Notes under the pieces: model-generated | The model's input: the letters and a program-made list of their open reading frames with translations, nothing else | What the model was told of the DNA's origin: nothing | The model's database searches: none | IMG/VR virus record: IMGVR_UViG_3300021142_000014 | Span: 1-64,000 of that record | Reading direction: 5' to 3' (one strand) | Source of the DNA: a virus | DNA: 64,000 bases | Program-made: the position numbers and the translations under genes | In this document: piece after piece, positions 16,061 to 24,633 of the stretch | Layout: each line of letters opens with the position of its first letter | How positions within the stretch are numbered: position 1 is the first letter of the stretch

Positions 16061-16112
16061 AGTAAGGAACAGAAGCATTACGCATAGTAGCAAATATAAG
16101 AGAGAAGGAGTA

Positions 16113-16301
16113 ATGAAAGAATACTACACAAGAGTTTCTATGGACGTTCTTGTTATAGCAAAAAATCCTGAAGAAGCAACTGATAAATTGAATCAATGGT
16201 TGGATGGTCAACAATTGATTGACAAATCAACAGGGTCTGACTTCTGGTGGGACGACATTAATTGGGATGACTGGACTGCTGTAGAATCAGAAAAAGAATA
16301 A
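16113..16301 (+). CDS. Small Trp/Asp-rich hypothetical protein
   Basis: SD GAAGGAG. Confidence 0.7.
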   Translation: MKEYYTRVSMDVLVIAKNPEEATDKLNQWLDGQQLIDKSTGSDFWWDDINWDDWTAVESEKE

Positions 16302-16302
16302 A

Positions 16303-16548
16303 ATGGATATGAACTGGCGAGATGATGCCGCTTGCATTGGTGCCTCTATTGATATTTTCTTTATAGATGAAAAAGGTAGAGGTGCTAATGCAAAGTTAGC
16401 AGAAGCTAAACAATATTGCGATTCTTGTCGGGTTCGTGAAAATTGTCTTAATTACGCTATGGAAAATAACATATATGTTGGTATCTATGGTGGATTAAGT
16501 AATAAAAAACGTAGAGAAATGAAAAGAAAGAATGGATTATGGGTTTAA
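16303..16548 (+). CDS. whiB: WhiB-family transcription factor
   Basis: WRDDAAC...AKQYCDSCRVRENCL...GIYGGL: four Cys plus the G(I/V)(W/Y)GG turn. Confidence 0.9.
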   Translation: MDMNWRDDAACIGASIDIFFIDEKGRGANAKLAEAKQYCDSCRVRENCLNYAMENNIYVGIYGGLSNKKRREMKRKNGLWV

Positions 16549-16666
16549 CTTTAAATGATTTTGGTTTAAAATCACCAACTACATTAGCAGAAGCTGAAGC
16601 TGTTATATCTAATTTATTAGATCGTTGTGATCAATTAGAAGAAATAATTATAGAAATGGAAACATA

Positions 16667-16870
16667 ATGGAATATCATTTTGTAGTAAACTGGTCTGAAG
16701 AAAATGGCTGGGTTATAGATTGGGAAATTACCATTGCTAAATTTAAGGGTAATAATGTATACATTCCTAACATAGATGAATGGGTATTTCCTGGTAAAGA
16801 TACAGAAACAGGAGACAAAGAAAAACAATTAATTGATTTATTAGAAAAAGCATTAGATAATATAAAGTAA
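16667..16870 (+). CDS. Hypothetical protein
   Basis: In a co-oriented gene run. Confidence 0.65.
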   Translation: MEYHFVVNWSEENGWVIDWEITIAKFKGNNVYIPNIDEWVFPGKDTETGDKEKQLIDLLEKALDNIK

Positions 16871-17046
16871 GGAACAAATATGCAAAAACATACTGCAATA
16901 GAACAATGGGAAATATACAAAGTATTACAATGTGTTCTTGAAGCAAAGAAAAATATCCAAGGAGGTGAGTACAATAAAGCTATACAATCCCTTAATTCAT
17001 GTTTATGGATGATGGGTATAGATGGATTAGAATAAGTTAGGATAAT

Positions 17047-17289
17047 ATGATAGTAAGTAATGAAGCTAAGTTGCAGAAGGTAAGCTCAATAGTAGATGAG
17101 ATCAGTAAACTAGAGTATCGGTTTAATGAACTATTAGCTGGGTTTAAACTCTACAATGAACACAAAGGTACGTTTGACATTGATCTATATGAGAAAAGTC
17201 TAGCGTTGTTCAATAATGCCATAGCAGCATTAGAGGAACAAATGATTAATTTTCATAACCTTTTACGAGAACTGAAAGGAACATTATAG
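17047..17289 (+). CDS. Hypothetical coiled-coil protein
   Basis: SD AGGA. Confidence 0.65.
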   Translation: MIVSNEAKLQKVSSIVDEISKLEYRFNELLAGFKLYNEHKGTFDIDLYEKSLALFNNAIAALEEQMINFHNLLRELKGTL

Positions 17290-17294
17290 TAAGT

Positions 17295-17353
17295 ATCGAA
17301 ACGCCGGGAGGCGTTTATGGGAGATTGCCTACCCATACTGATGATGATAGGCT
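17295..17353 (+). ncRNA. Type II hammerhead ribozyme; GUU triplet, extra U after CUGAUGA; predicted cut after U17315
   Basis: ATC-GAAA-CGCC(GGGA)GGCG-TT / TATGGG..CCCATA-CTGATGA-T-GAT; pseudoknot GCCT/AGGC. Confidence 0.85.
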
Positions 17354-17378
17354 ATAATAAAGAAAGGAGGAATAAACT

Positions 17379-18068
17379 ATGGTTAGTAAGTTATCTGATG
17401 TAATTTCTAAAGTTCAAAAACTACTCCGTGTTGCAGAAAGTAGCGACAAGATCGGTGAAGTTGAAGCAGCTCAGTCATTAGCTCAAGAGTTAATTACTAA
17501 GTATCAGATTGAAGAAGCTATGTTAAATAACCATATTGGTGAAGGTGGAATCATATCTCTTCGAGTAGAAACACCTAAACCATATGCTATTGATAAGAGT
17601 GTTTTGCTTAACTCTATTGCTAAATATAACTTTTGTAAAGTTCTACGCGGCGATACATACTGCATGATATATGGTTATGAAAGCGACATACAATTATGTA
17701 TTGCATTATACAATGCATTGTCTCTTCATATGATCAATGAGATGAGAGTTAAATTACATAAAACTAATGAAATTAAAGCAGAAAGACATCCTAAAGCTTG
17801 GGCTAAAGGTTTCTTCAGTGGATATGCTATATCTATAGAAGAACGTATAAGGTTTTCTAAGTCTAAAGTTATTAAGGAAGTTGAGTCTGATGTTAGCAAA
17901 TCTTTAGAGCTTGTAGTTAGAGATAAACAACATGCTATTGAAGAATACTTTCAAAAGTTAGACCGTAAGAAAGCTACTGATCGTAAATTAACCTCAGTTT
18001 CTGGCTACCGTGCTGGTATAGACAGTGGCAAAGAAGCTAATATTAATCAATTAACAATAGAAGGATAG
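17379..18068 (+). CDS. DUF2786-domain protein
   Basis: KVQKLL..AE...E.EAA...AQELITKY N-terminus; GY.AG...G C-terminus. Confidence 0.85.
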   Translation: MVSKLSDVISKVQKLLRVAESSDKIGEVEAAQSLAQELITKYQIEEAMLNNHIGEGGIISLRVETPKPYAIDKSVLLNSIAKYNFCKVLRGDTYCMIYGYESDIQLCIALYNALSLHMINEMRVKLHKTNEIKAERHPKAWAKGFFSGYAISIEERIRFSKSKVIKEVESDVSKSLELVVRDKQHAIEEYFQKLDRKKATDRKLTSVSGYRAGIDSGKEANINQLTIEG

Positions 18069-18073
18069 ATAAA

Positions 18074-18394
18074 ATGAGTAAGATTATTAATGGTTGGAAG
18101 TTAAAGCAATTAGCAGCAACTCTACCAGATAATAAAGGAATTGAATGGGTTGACGAAGCTAAATGCAACGGCAAAAACGTAGATGATTTTGTCTATGCTA
18201 GCGCAATGCCTACATTGAGTCAACGCCATAAGCTTAAGAAAACTTGCGAAGGTTGCCCCGTTATGCTAACTTGTAGGTACGAAGCTGTTCGTAACCTTGA
18301 AGAAGGTTGGTGGGGTGGCATGGACGAAAAAGAACGTGCAGTATGGGCAGCGGAGGAGCTGTTTAATGAAGATAGCTTACATACTACTATATGA
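18074..18394 (+). CDS. whiB: WhiB-family protein (divergent)
   Basis: WVDEAKC...CEGCPVMLTC...GWWGGM. Confidence 0.8.
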   Translation: MSKIINGWKLKQLAATLPDNKGIEWVDEAKCNGKNVDDFVYASAMPTLSQRHKLKKTCEGCPVMLTCRYEAVRNLEEGWWGGMDEKERAVWAAEELFNEDSLHTTI

Positions 18395-18557
18395 CATTGG
18401 AGATGGCGCTGCCGAAGTCTCTGGGGTCTATTCTAGTTTAACATCTGCTAAAAATGCTGTAGGTGTTGGTATAGAATGGAAAGAAAACCTTGCTGGTCTT
18501 TGGGAAGCATATACTGATCGTTTATGGTATATCGAAGCTCATGGGTTGCAGGATTAA
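18366..18557 (+). CDS. Small hypothetical protein (start moved to MKIAY)
   Basis: GGAGGAG upstream. Confidence 0.6.
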   Translation: MKIAYILLYDIGDGAAEVSGVYSSLTSAKNAVGVGIEWKENLAGLWEAYTDRLWYIEAHGLQD

Positions 18558-18567
18558 AGGATAAGCA

Positions 18568-18879
18568 ATGGATATATTTGATAGTAACGAAGATAAAATA
18601 AATTTAACAATGGTTGCTTATGAAGTTGGCATGGCTACACTTGGTAAAATCATTGATTATTATAATCAAATGTTGTTAATTACAGTTACCCAACTGTCAG
18701 AGCTTTCTGATAAAACACCCAATGAAATTAGAATAGAAATAGAAACTCAGCTTGGTTTGCTAGGTGCAATGGATACTTACTTAGAAAGATTGCAAGCAAC
18801 TTCTGACTTTAATAAAGAAATGCTTGGCATTACTGACGAGGATGTTGAAAGAATACTTGACGAATTCCCAGAAGATTAA
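18568..18879 (+). CDS. Hypothetical protein, last gene of the + strand block
   Basis: SD AAGGA; converges on the terminase gene. Confidence 0.75.
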   Translation: MDIFDSNEDKINLTMVAYEVGMATLGKIIDYYNQMLLITVTQLSELSDKTPNEIRIEIETQLGLLGAMDTYLERLQATSDFNKEMLGITDEDVERILDEFPED

Positions 18880-18880
18880 C

Positions 18881-20881
18881 TTATATCTTCTTTTGACTTC
18901 TAGACATACCACCGTAGTCTCTTGCAGAACGCGCAGCACCAAACTTTTGTAGTTTCTGTCTAGCACTTATAGGCCCATTGTCTGCACCATTGCGGGTGTG
19001 GTATCCACCCTTAGCACCTGGATAAAGATCTGTATTACTTAACCTATCACGCATCTCTAGCTTAACAAAGTTATCTTCAAGCAATGCATCAACAATTACC
19101 ATGATACAGTCAGAAAGATCTTCTGTGCGTATAGGTCCAAAGTCTTGCTTACGCACTCGACCATTCACTTCTTGCAAGAACTTAAGTTCCTGTTCTAATA
19201 GACTAGTTCCATCAGGACCGTAGTTATCACGATATGAATGGATCCAATTCATACCAATAGCAGACTTAAAACGCTCTGCTCTACGCATATTGCTTTGCCC
19301 AGTAAACTTTTCCTCACGAATGATTACCTTGTGTGGAGGATTTACTTGCTTAAGACGTTTTTTTAGCCTAGGCAGCGTAACAAATGCTCCGTACTGGTCA
19401 AACGAAAAGACCTTGGTTGTTCTAAAATCACACAGCGTTCTTACGAGCTCTTCTTCGATCTCTTCATAGTCTATTTGATTATCTTCGTAATCTTCTGGAT
19501 TCCATACTTTAATCCAGTCTATGATAACGTGATACCATTCTTCACCATCTTCTTGGTCCGGTATCTTTTCAACGTGTCCAATCATCGCTGCTGTGTTAGC
19601 ACCACTCTTTGAAGGGTCGCAGTGTCCTTGATAGATTATGCTAAATTTACCTTCATATTGTGGCTCTAAAATGATGAGATCACCGTCTGCATTAACATAT
19701 GGTTCAAACATACGCTCTACCATCTTAGGGTTGAGGTAAGCATTAGTAACTTCAGCCCATTGAGAAAGACGCTCTACCTTGAATGCATCAGGTTCACGCT
19801 TCTCTAAACGCTTCATAGATTCATCGTATGCCTGTGGAGCACCACGGAAATTAAACCCACCAGTTGCTCTTGGGTCATCCCAGTCTTCGTAAGGTCCCCA
19901 CGATGGCAACTGCACCATCATCATATCTGGATAGGATGGAGTATTTGTTTCATTATCTCGTTCTATAGCAGACTCATATAGGCTATATGCTTTACCAACT
20001 TTGGTGAATGGAGATGTTGGAATATAAATAAACCCATCTTTACCAAATTGGTCCAATGCAGGAGTAATAGCATTATATACTTCTTCACTCGTACGTGAAC
20101 CACCCGTACCAACTAACATGTGTGCAAACTCATCGAACATAACGCCAAAAGCCGCAGCACCACGACTAGCTTTAGAGTTACTTGTAACAGCCATGTTTCT
20201 GATTGATGCAATCAAACGACTAGGGCGAATGCCTCTAGCTTCGAACGCTGCAATTCTACGAAGGTCAGCAGGTGTACGCAATGCAAGAAAGTGCTCCTTA
20301 GCATCAGCGATATATGGCTGAAAGCATGGAGCATCAATGATAGTGTTAGCAAGGTCAGCAAACTGGAATTGTTTGGCCTGTTGAATGTTGGTAGCCACAC
20401 AGAACATATACATGTCCTTAGACTTGTCGATACCGTAATGGTACTGAGGATCATCTAGCATAAGCAGGCCCCAGTTGATATAAGCACCTATGATACCACC
20501 GATGTGGCCTTTACCACCACGACGGCCTGTGATGTTTACCACTTCACGGAAATGCTTATAGCCATTATCTTTAAGATAAGCTACACGTTCAAGAACATCA
20601 GGAGACACACCAATACTTGTGCCATTGCGATCGAATCCCTTTGTCCATCCATCAATGACTTCATAATCATAATCTGTCATATGCTCTGTCTCTAAGCATA
20701 TGAGACGAAGTAGAGTCTTTTGGCGTGGATATAGCCTACGTCCCAAGAACTCTGGATGCTCAGCAAACGTGACAATATCAGGGAGATCTGGTGTCTCGAT
20801 TAAGCTTTTTTTAGCTATCTCGAAGAAGTCATGCTGACCCTTGAGGATATTAGCATTACTATTTTTGGTTACTTTTGCCAT
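18881..20881 (-). CDS. terL: Terminase large subunit
   Basis: LYPRQ, Walker A-like GRRGGK, Walker B FDEFAH, nuclease HCDPS...DLSD. Confidence 0.9.
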   Translation of the reverse strand: MAKVTKNSNANILKGQHDFFEIAKKSLIETPDLPDIVTFAEHPEFLGRRLYPRQKTLLRLICLETEHMTDYDYEVIDGWTKGFDRNGTSIGVSPDVLERVAYLKDNGYKHFREVVNITGRRGGKGHIGGIIGAYINWGLLMLDDPQYHYGIDKSKDMYMFCVATNIQQAKQFQFADLANTIIDAPCFQPYIADAKEHFLALRTPADLRRIAAFEARGIRPSRLIASIRNMAVTSNSKASRGAAAFGVMFDEFAHMLVGTGGSRTSEEVYNAITPALDQFGKDGFIYIPTSPFTKVGKAYSLYESAIERDNETNTPSYPDMMMVQLPSWGPYEDWDDPRATGGFNFRGAPQAYDESMKRLEKREPDAFKVERLSQWAEVTNAYLNPKMVERMFEPYVNADGDLIILEPQYEGKFSIIYQGHCDPSKSGANTAAMIGHVEKIPDQEDGEEWYHVIIDWIKVWNPEDYEDNQIDYEEIEEELVRTLCDFRTTKVFSFDQYGAFVTLPRLKKRLKQVNPPHKVIIREEKFTGQSNMRRAERFKSAIGMNWIHSYRDNYGPDGTSLLEQELKFLQEVNGRVRKQDFGPIRTEDLSDCIMVIVDALLEDNFVKLEMRDRLSNTDLYPGAKGGYHTRNGADNGPISARQKLQKFGAARSARDYGGMSRSQKKI

Positions 20882-21396
20882 TAATTACTTAGTATACCAT
20901 TACTGTGCTGAAATGCATCGTTAGCAACTGCCTTATAATGATCTTCATCATCACCAGTCTCCGTATTAACACTATGTTTACCCATAATACCATTGATTAA
21001 AAAACGGCAATGTTCATGTTTGCCAATTCCTTCACGCATAATATCTTTTTTATCTGGGTCATATGTATTCATAAGTCGACGGTTTAATTGCCTTATAGCC
21101 TCGTGATGACGACCATACATATCAGCATAGTGATCCATGAATGCACGACTCATTGAACCAAACTGGTCTCCCATAGCTTGGTTAAATTCCTGCTCATTAG
21201 CAATAGCATAGCGTTCTGACCACTTCATTGCTGCCTTCTTTTCTTTTTTGCTTTCACGTTCTTGACTCTTGTGAATGGCGTATAATTGTATCTCAGCGTC
21301 TCTACGAGTTTTGTGAGTTCCAAGAGTTCTACTACCGTCTTCCGTTTTGACATAGTATTTACCGTTCTCATGTACGATAATGGCAATCTTTAACAT
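20881..21396 (-). CDS. Putative virion/head protein with internal MKWSERYA
   Basis: N-terminal ENGKYYV...LGTH.T...A..QL module; coupled to terL. Confidence 0.75.
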   Translation of the reverse strand: MLKIAIIVHENGKYYVKTEDGSRTLGTHKTRRDAEIQLYAIHKSQERESKKEKKAAMKWSERYAIANEQEFNQAMGDQFGSMSRAFMDHYADMYGRHHEAIRQLNRRLMNTYDPDKKDIMREGIGKHEHCRFLINGIMGKHSVNTETGDDEDHYKAVANDAFQHSNGILSN

Positions 21397-21397
21397 A

Positions 21398-22468
21398 TTA
21401 CCAATCAGAATTTACATTAGAGTGTTCGCCGCGGAAATCTTTTGCTGGTTTAAACTCTTTACAATTTGTGTTGAAATCACCCGTTTGGGTCCATGATCCA
21501 CATTCTCTGCAACCTAGATCTTCCATTTGTGACTCTGCTTCTGGGTTCATCTTAGTATCCCACATGTGTGCATTCTGATCGTGACCACACTTGCATTTAG
21601 TAGCAGTTTTTTCACTAGCGTAGCGTTCATCAAAATCTTCTGGTTCTTTTTGCTCTTCTGGTTCTTCTTGTTTACGTTTTTTATCATTACGTTTATTAAT
21701 TTTATCCATAATAAAGGGTTGAGCAACAATTGCAGCTGGTGTCAAAAGATTAAGAATTTCAGAAACAGATGCTTCTTTTTTCTTACCATCATGGCTTTTA
21801 GCGATACCAGCAGCCCATGGCTTATCGCTAGCAGTCTTAGAAGCAATTGTATCTTCTGGTTTCCAAACATGTTCTGGGTGATCTAGACTAGGACCAGGAC
21901 CGCCTTTGCGAGGACCAAATTCCGGCATGTGTTCTGCACAGGCATAATTGTGGCTCCAATTTTGGTGACCATGCTGATCCCACGTACCCTCGCCTCTCTT
22001 ACGAGACATGCAGTATCGTTCAGCACAGGTTACATCACCCTTTACTTCATGGTTGCCAATGTCGCATGTGTGTGTAGGAAGGACAATATCAACGTGACCA
22101 CCACGATCAGTGCCTTCACTGGCATCAAAACCACGAGTGGTAATATCATTTGGTGTTTTTACAGATGCTCTGCGGGAGTAGTTCCATTCTGCATTAGCAG
22201 TTGAAGCACCATCTTCAGCGTCTCGTTGAATTTCTGCTAATTTTTCTTGGCACTCAGTGCTACAAGATCTTCCAGCTTCTTCATTAGCTCCACCATTTCC
22301 CATAATGTCATCAAAGTCTGTACCTGGAGGGAACTTTTTACCACAAGCATCACAATTAAAACCATTTTTCATAACATCAGCATGATTTTTGTCTACCCAA
22401 TCACGATCAGATGCTGTACGAAAGTTTAATATAGTGTGTTGTTCTTGAGCTTTTGAGATTTTACGCAT
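21398..22468 (-). CDS. Modular Cys/His-rich protein segmented by K/R-x-A-S/T motifs
   Basis: RTAS, RRAS, KTAS, KEAS, ERYAS and KTAT separate Zn-ribbon-like modules. Confidence 0.8.
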   Translation of the reverse strand: MRKISKAQEQHTILNFRTASDRDWVDKNHADVMKNGFNCDACGKKFPPGTDFDDIMGNGGANEEAGRSCSTECQEKLAEIQRDAEDGASTANAEWNYSRRASVKTPNDITTRGFDASEGTDRGGHVDIVLPTHTCDIGNHEVKGDVTCAERYCMSRKRGEGTWDQHGHQNWSHNYACAEHMPEFGPRKGGPGPSLDHPEHVWKPEDTIASKTASDKPWAAGIAKSHDGKKKEASVSEILNLLTPAAIVAQPFIMDKINKRNDKKRKQEEPEEQKEPEDFDERYASEKTATKCKCGHDQNAHMWDTKMNPEAESQMEDLGCRECGSWTQTGDFNTNCKEFKPAKDFRGEHSNVNSDW

Positions 22469-22704
22469 TATTTTGTTCCTTTTCCTAAACTCTGGTGTAA
22501 TTCACGTACCTTTTTAATGATATCGACGTGCTTTTTGGACTGTGAGTCCATCTTTTTGCCATCACTAGTGGGTTTTTTAGCTTCCTGGACTTCGTCCAGA
22601 TGTTGACAGAATCCACAATCTGAACCAGTACAGTGACCGGCTCTTCCAAAATCAATACCACTCTCGGCCATAGTGCCGCTAGCATAGCGTAGGTTCCAAT
22701 CCAT
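22468..22704 (-). CDS. MDWNLRYA-tagged small protein
   Basis: MDWNLRYAS; CxxC motif. Confidence 0.75.
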   Translation of the reverse strand: MDWNLRYASGTMAESGIDFGRAGHCTGSDCGFCQHLDEVQEAKKPTSDGKKMDSQSKKHVDIIKKVRELHQSLGKGTK

Positions 22705-23426
22705 TAACGTTTCCTATCCATTCTGACTTGTTGTGCTTGGTTTCTTAATACTTCTACAGAGGCACGAGCATCATCCAAAGCTTTGTGTCCACCAGGATCT
22801 ACGCCATACTTATCGCATAATTTTTCTAGCTTAACAAAACCTTCTCTTCCTGTTACAGCCTGTTCATGACGAATAACATCAATCATCCTTGTGCTATCTG
22901 GATCAAACCCAGATGTTTTGAGTGGAGCACCATTGTTATACTTAGAGTAAGTATTCTTAAGCACGTTCATGTCATAGCCTCTGTGGTTGGCACCGACAAT
23001 GACTGCACCTTGCTTGGCATAGTGTGCTAGCACTTGCGCCATTCTATTGACACCAATCTTTGGGTGTAATGCTGGTGCCATTCCTTTAATGAATTCACCA
23101 CCGTAGCTTCTGTTTAATTCATCTTCAGACCATCCATGCACTGCTTCTGCCATGGGGTTGCTTGTTTTTGTTGGTCTAACAAGAAAATGGTGTTGTTCAT
23201 GTGGTTGAATGATACCATTGCGGTACACTACAAGACCATAAGACACTGGTTCATCAAGGTCTTGCCTTGTAATAATCCTATCAGTGCCTTTTTCTTTCTT
23301 ACCAACTTCTTTATTAAGACCAGTGGTTTCAGTATCGAACCCCACCACTAATGGTGGTAGGTTATCGTGCTTCTGAAGATCTTCGTTAAAGTTAAATGTA
23401 CTAGTATTAAAAGAAGGAGTAGTCAT
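22704..23426 (-). CDS. DEDDh 3'-5' exonuclease (DnaQ-like)
   Basis: FDTETTG, VHG, YD, HKALDDA. Confidence 0.9.
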   Translation of the reverse strand: MTTPSFNTSTFNFNEDLQKHDNLPPLVVGFDTETTGLNKEVGKKEKGTDRIITRQDLDEPVSYGLVVYRNGIIQPHEQHHFLVRPTKTSNPMAEAVHGWSEDELNRSYGGEFIKGMAPALHPKIGVNRMAQVLAHYAKQGAVIVGANHRGYDMNVLKNTYSKYNNGAPLKTSGFDPDSTRMIDVIRHEQAVTGREGFVKLEKLCDKYGVDPGGHKALDDARASVEVLRNQAQQVRMDRKR

Positions 23427-24124
23427 TACGCTTCCTCATACTTGTCTTGTCTATAATCTACTGGCATGTAGTGGCCGCTGCCCAAATTTGTCAGAGCATT
23501 GATTATCCTATTATGAATAACATGATCTTTAACAGTGTTAGCAAACATTGAGCTGTAACGATGATGGCTTATCAAACGATTGATTCTTTCGTTATAATCA
23601 TCAACAGGCAATATGCCACGTTCATCGTAAGCACTACTACCTATATGCTTTGTTAAGCTAGGATCTATCTTTGAGCATTCACTCATCATCCATTCATTTG
23701 CTCTGCGGCGGAATGGAGCATCTGGATAAACACCATCATATTGTGGTCTATTTTTTAAAGCTAAGTGATGACCAAAGATGTCTTGGACTGCATTGGATAC
23801 ATGAGGTTTATTACCTTCAACAATGCCTCTAATTTCTTCAAATTGTGAAGGGTTAGCAATTACAGTCTTATCATTATCAAGCATTGTCTTCTTATAATGA
23901 TCTTGATAACCTAGTGCTTCATCGACAGATGCATGATGACTGCCAGGATTATTTATCCTAGCAGTTTCATAGTCTTCGATTGGAATACCTTGAGATGATG
24001 CATCTTTTACTTCATCGTGAGTTGCACCCATGGAACGCACACGCTTATACGTAGCTTTATCAAAGGTATCTGGATCTATGTCCAGTCCTTTGATCTCTGC
24101 GTATTCTTCAGCCGTGGGTTCCAT
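23426..24124 (-). CDS. Hypothetical protein with short helical repeats
   Basis: 232 aa; ATHDEVKDA...GI...Y..AR unit. Confidence 0.75.
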   Translation of the reverse strand: MEPTAEEYAEIKGLDIDPDTFDKATYKRVRSMGATHDEVKDASSQGIPIEDYETARINNPGSHHASVDEALGYQDHYKKTMLDNDKTVIANPSQFEEIRGIVEGNKPHVSNAVQDIFGHHLALKNRPQYDGVYPDAPFRRRANEWMMSECSKIDPSLTKHIGSSAYDERGILPVDDYNERINRLISHHRYSSMFANTVKDHVIHNRIINALTNLGSGHYMPVDYRQDKYEEA

Positions 24125-24130
24125 GATAGT

Positions 24131-24613
24131 TTACATACCAGGAAGGATTAGCTTGTTGCTCATACCTAATGACTTACGCTTCTGTTCGTAGTAAAGGTCA
24201 GCAACACCAGCACCAGTTTCGTAACGGTTCTGTTCTGGGTTGAACTCTGAGCCATCAACACGACCTACAATAGTAATAGTAGGTGGAGTAGGCTCTTGCA
24301 TGATACCAGGCATAACCCAGTCAACGACTACCTGAAAGCCCAGAGCGTGGAACTTTTCATCTGCTTCGTTACGTAGTGAAGTTAGGTTAGCAAAGCTACC
24401 CTTACGATTACCATACTTGTATTGAAGCTCTTGAAGCAGTCTCCATACTCCCATAAGCTCAGATTCCATTAGCTCGATTGGTTCTTCCTTACCGAGTGCC
24501 TCTTCTTCAGCCTTCTGGCTAGCAAGATAGGCGTTGACCTGTGCAATTTGTTCTGGTGTCTGCTTAACATCTTCTGGACGAATTCCACCGATGTCGTTAA
24601 TATTAGTAGTCAT
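24131..24613 (-). CDS. Hypothetical protein
   Basis: SD AAAAGGA; 160 aa. Confidence 0.8.
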   Translation of the reverse strand: MTTNINDIGGIRPEDVKQTPEQIAQVNAYLASQKAEEEALGKEEPIELMESELMGVWRLLQELQYKYGNRKGSFANLTSLRNEADEKFHALGFQVVVDWVMPGIMQEPTPPTITIVGRVDGSEFNPEQNRYETGAGVADLYYEQKRKSLGMSNKLILPGM

Positions 24614-24633
24614 TATTTCCTTTTTGTAATAGA

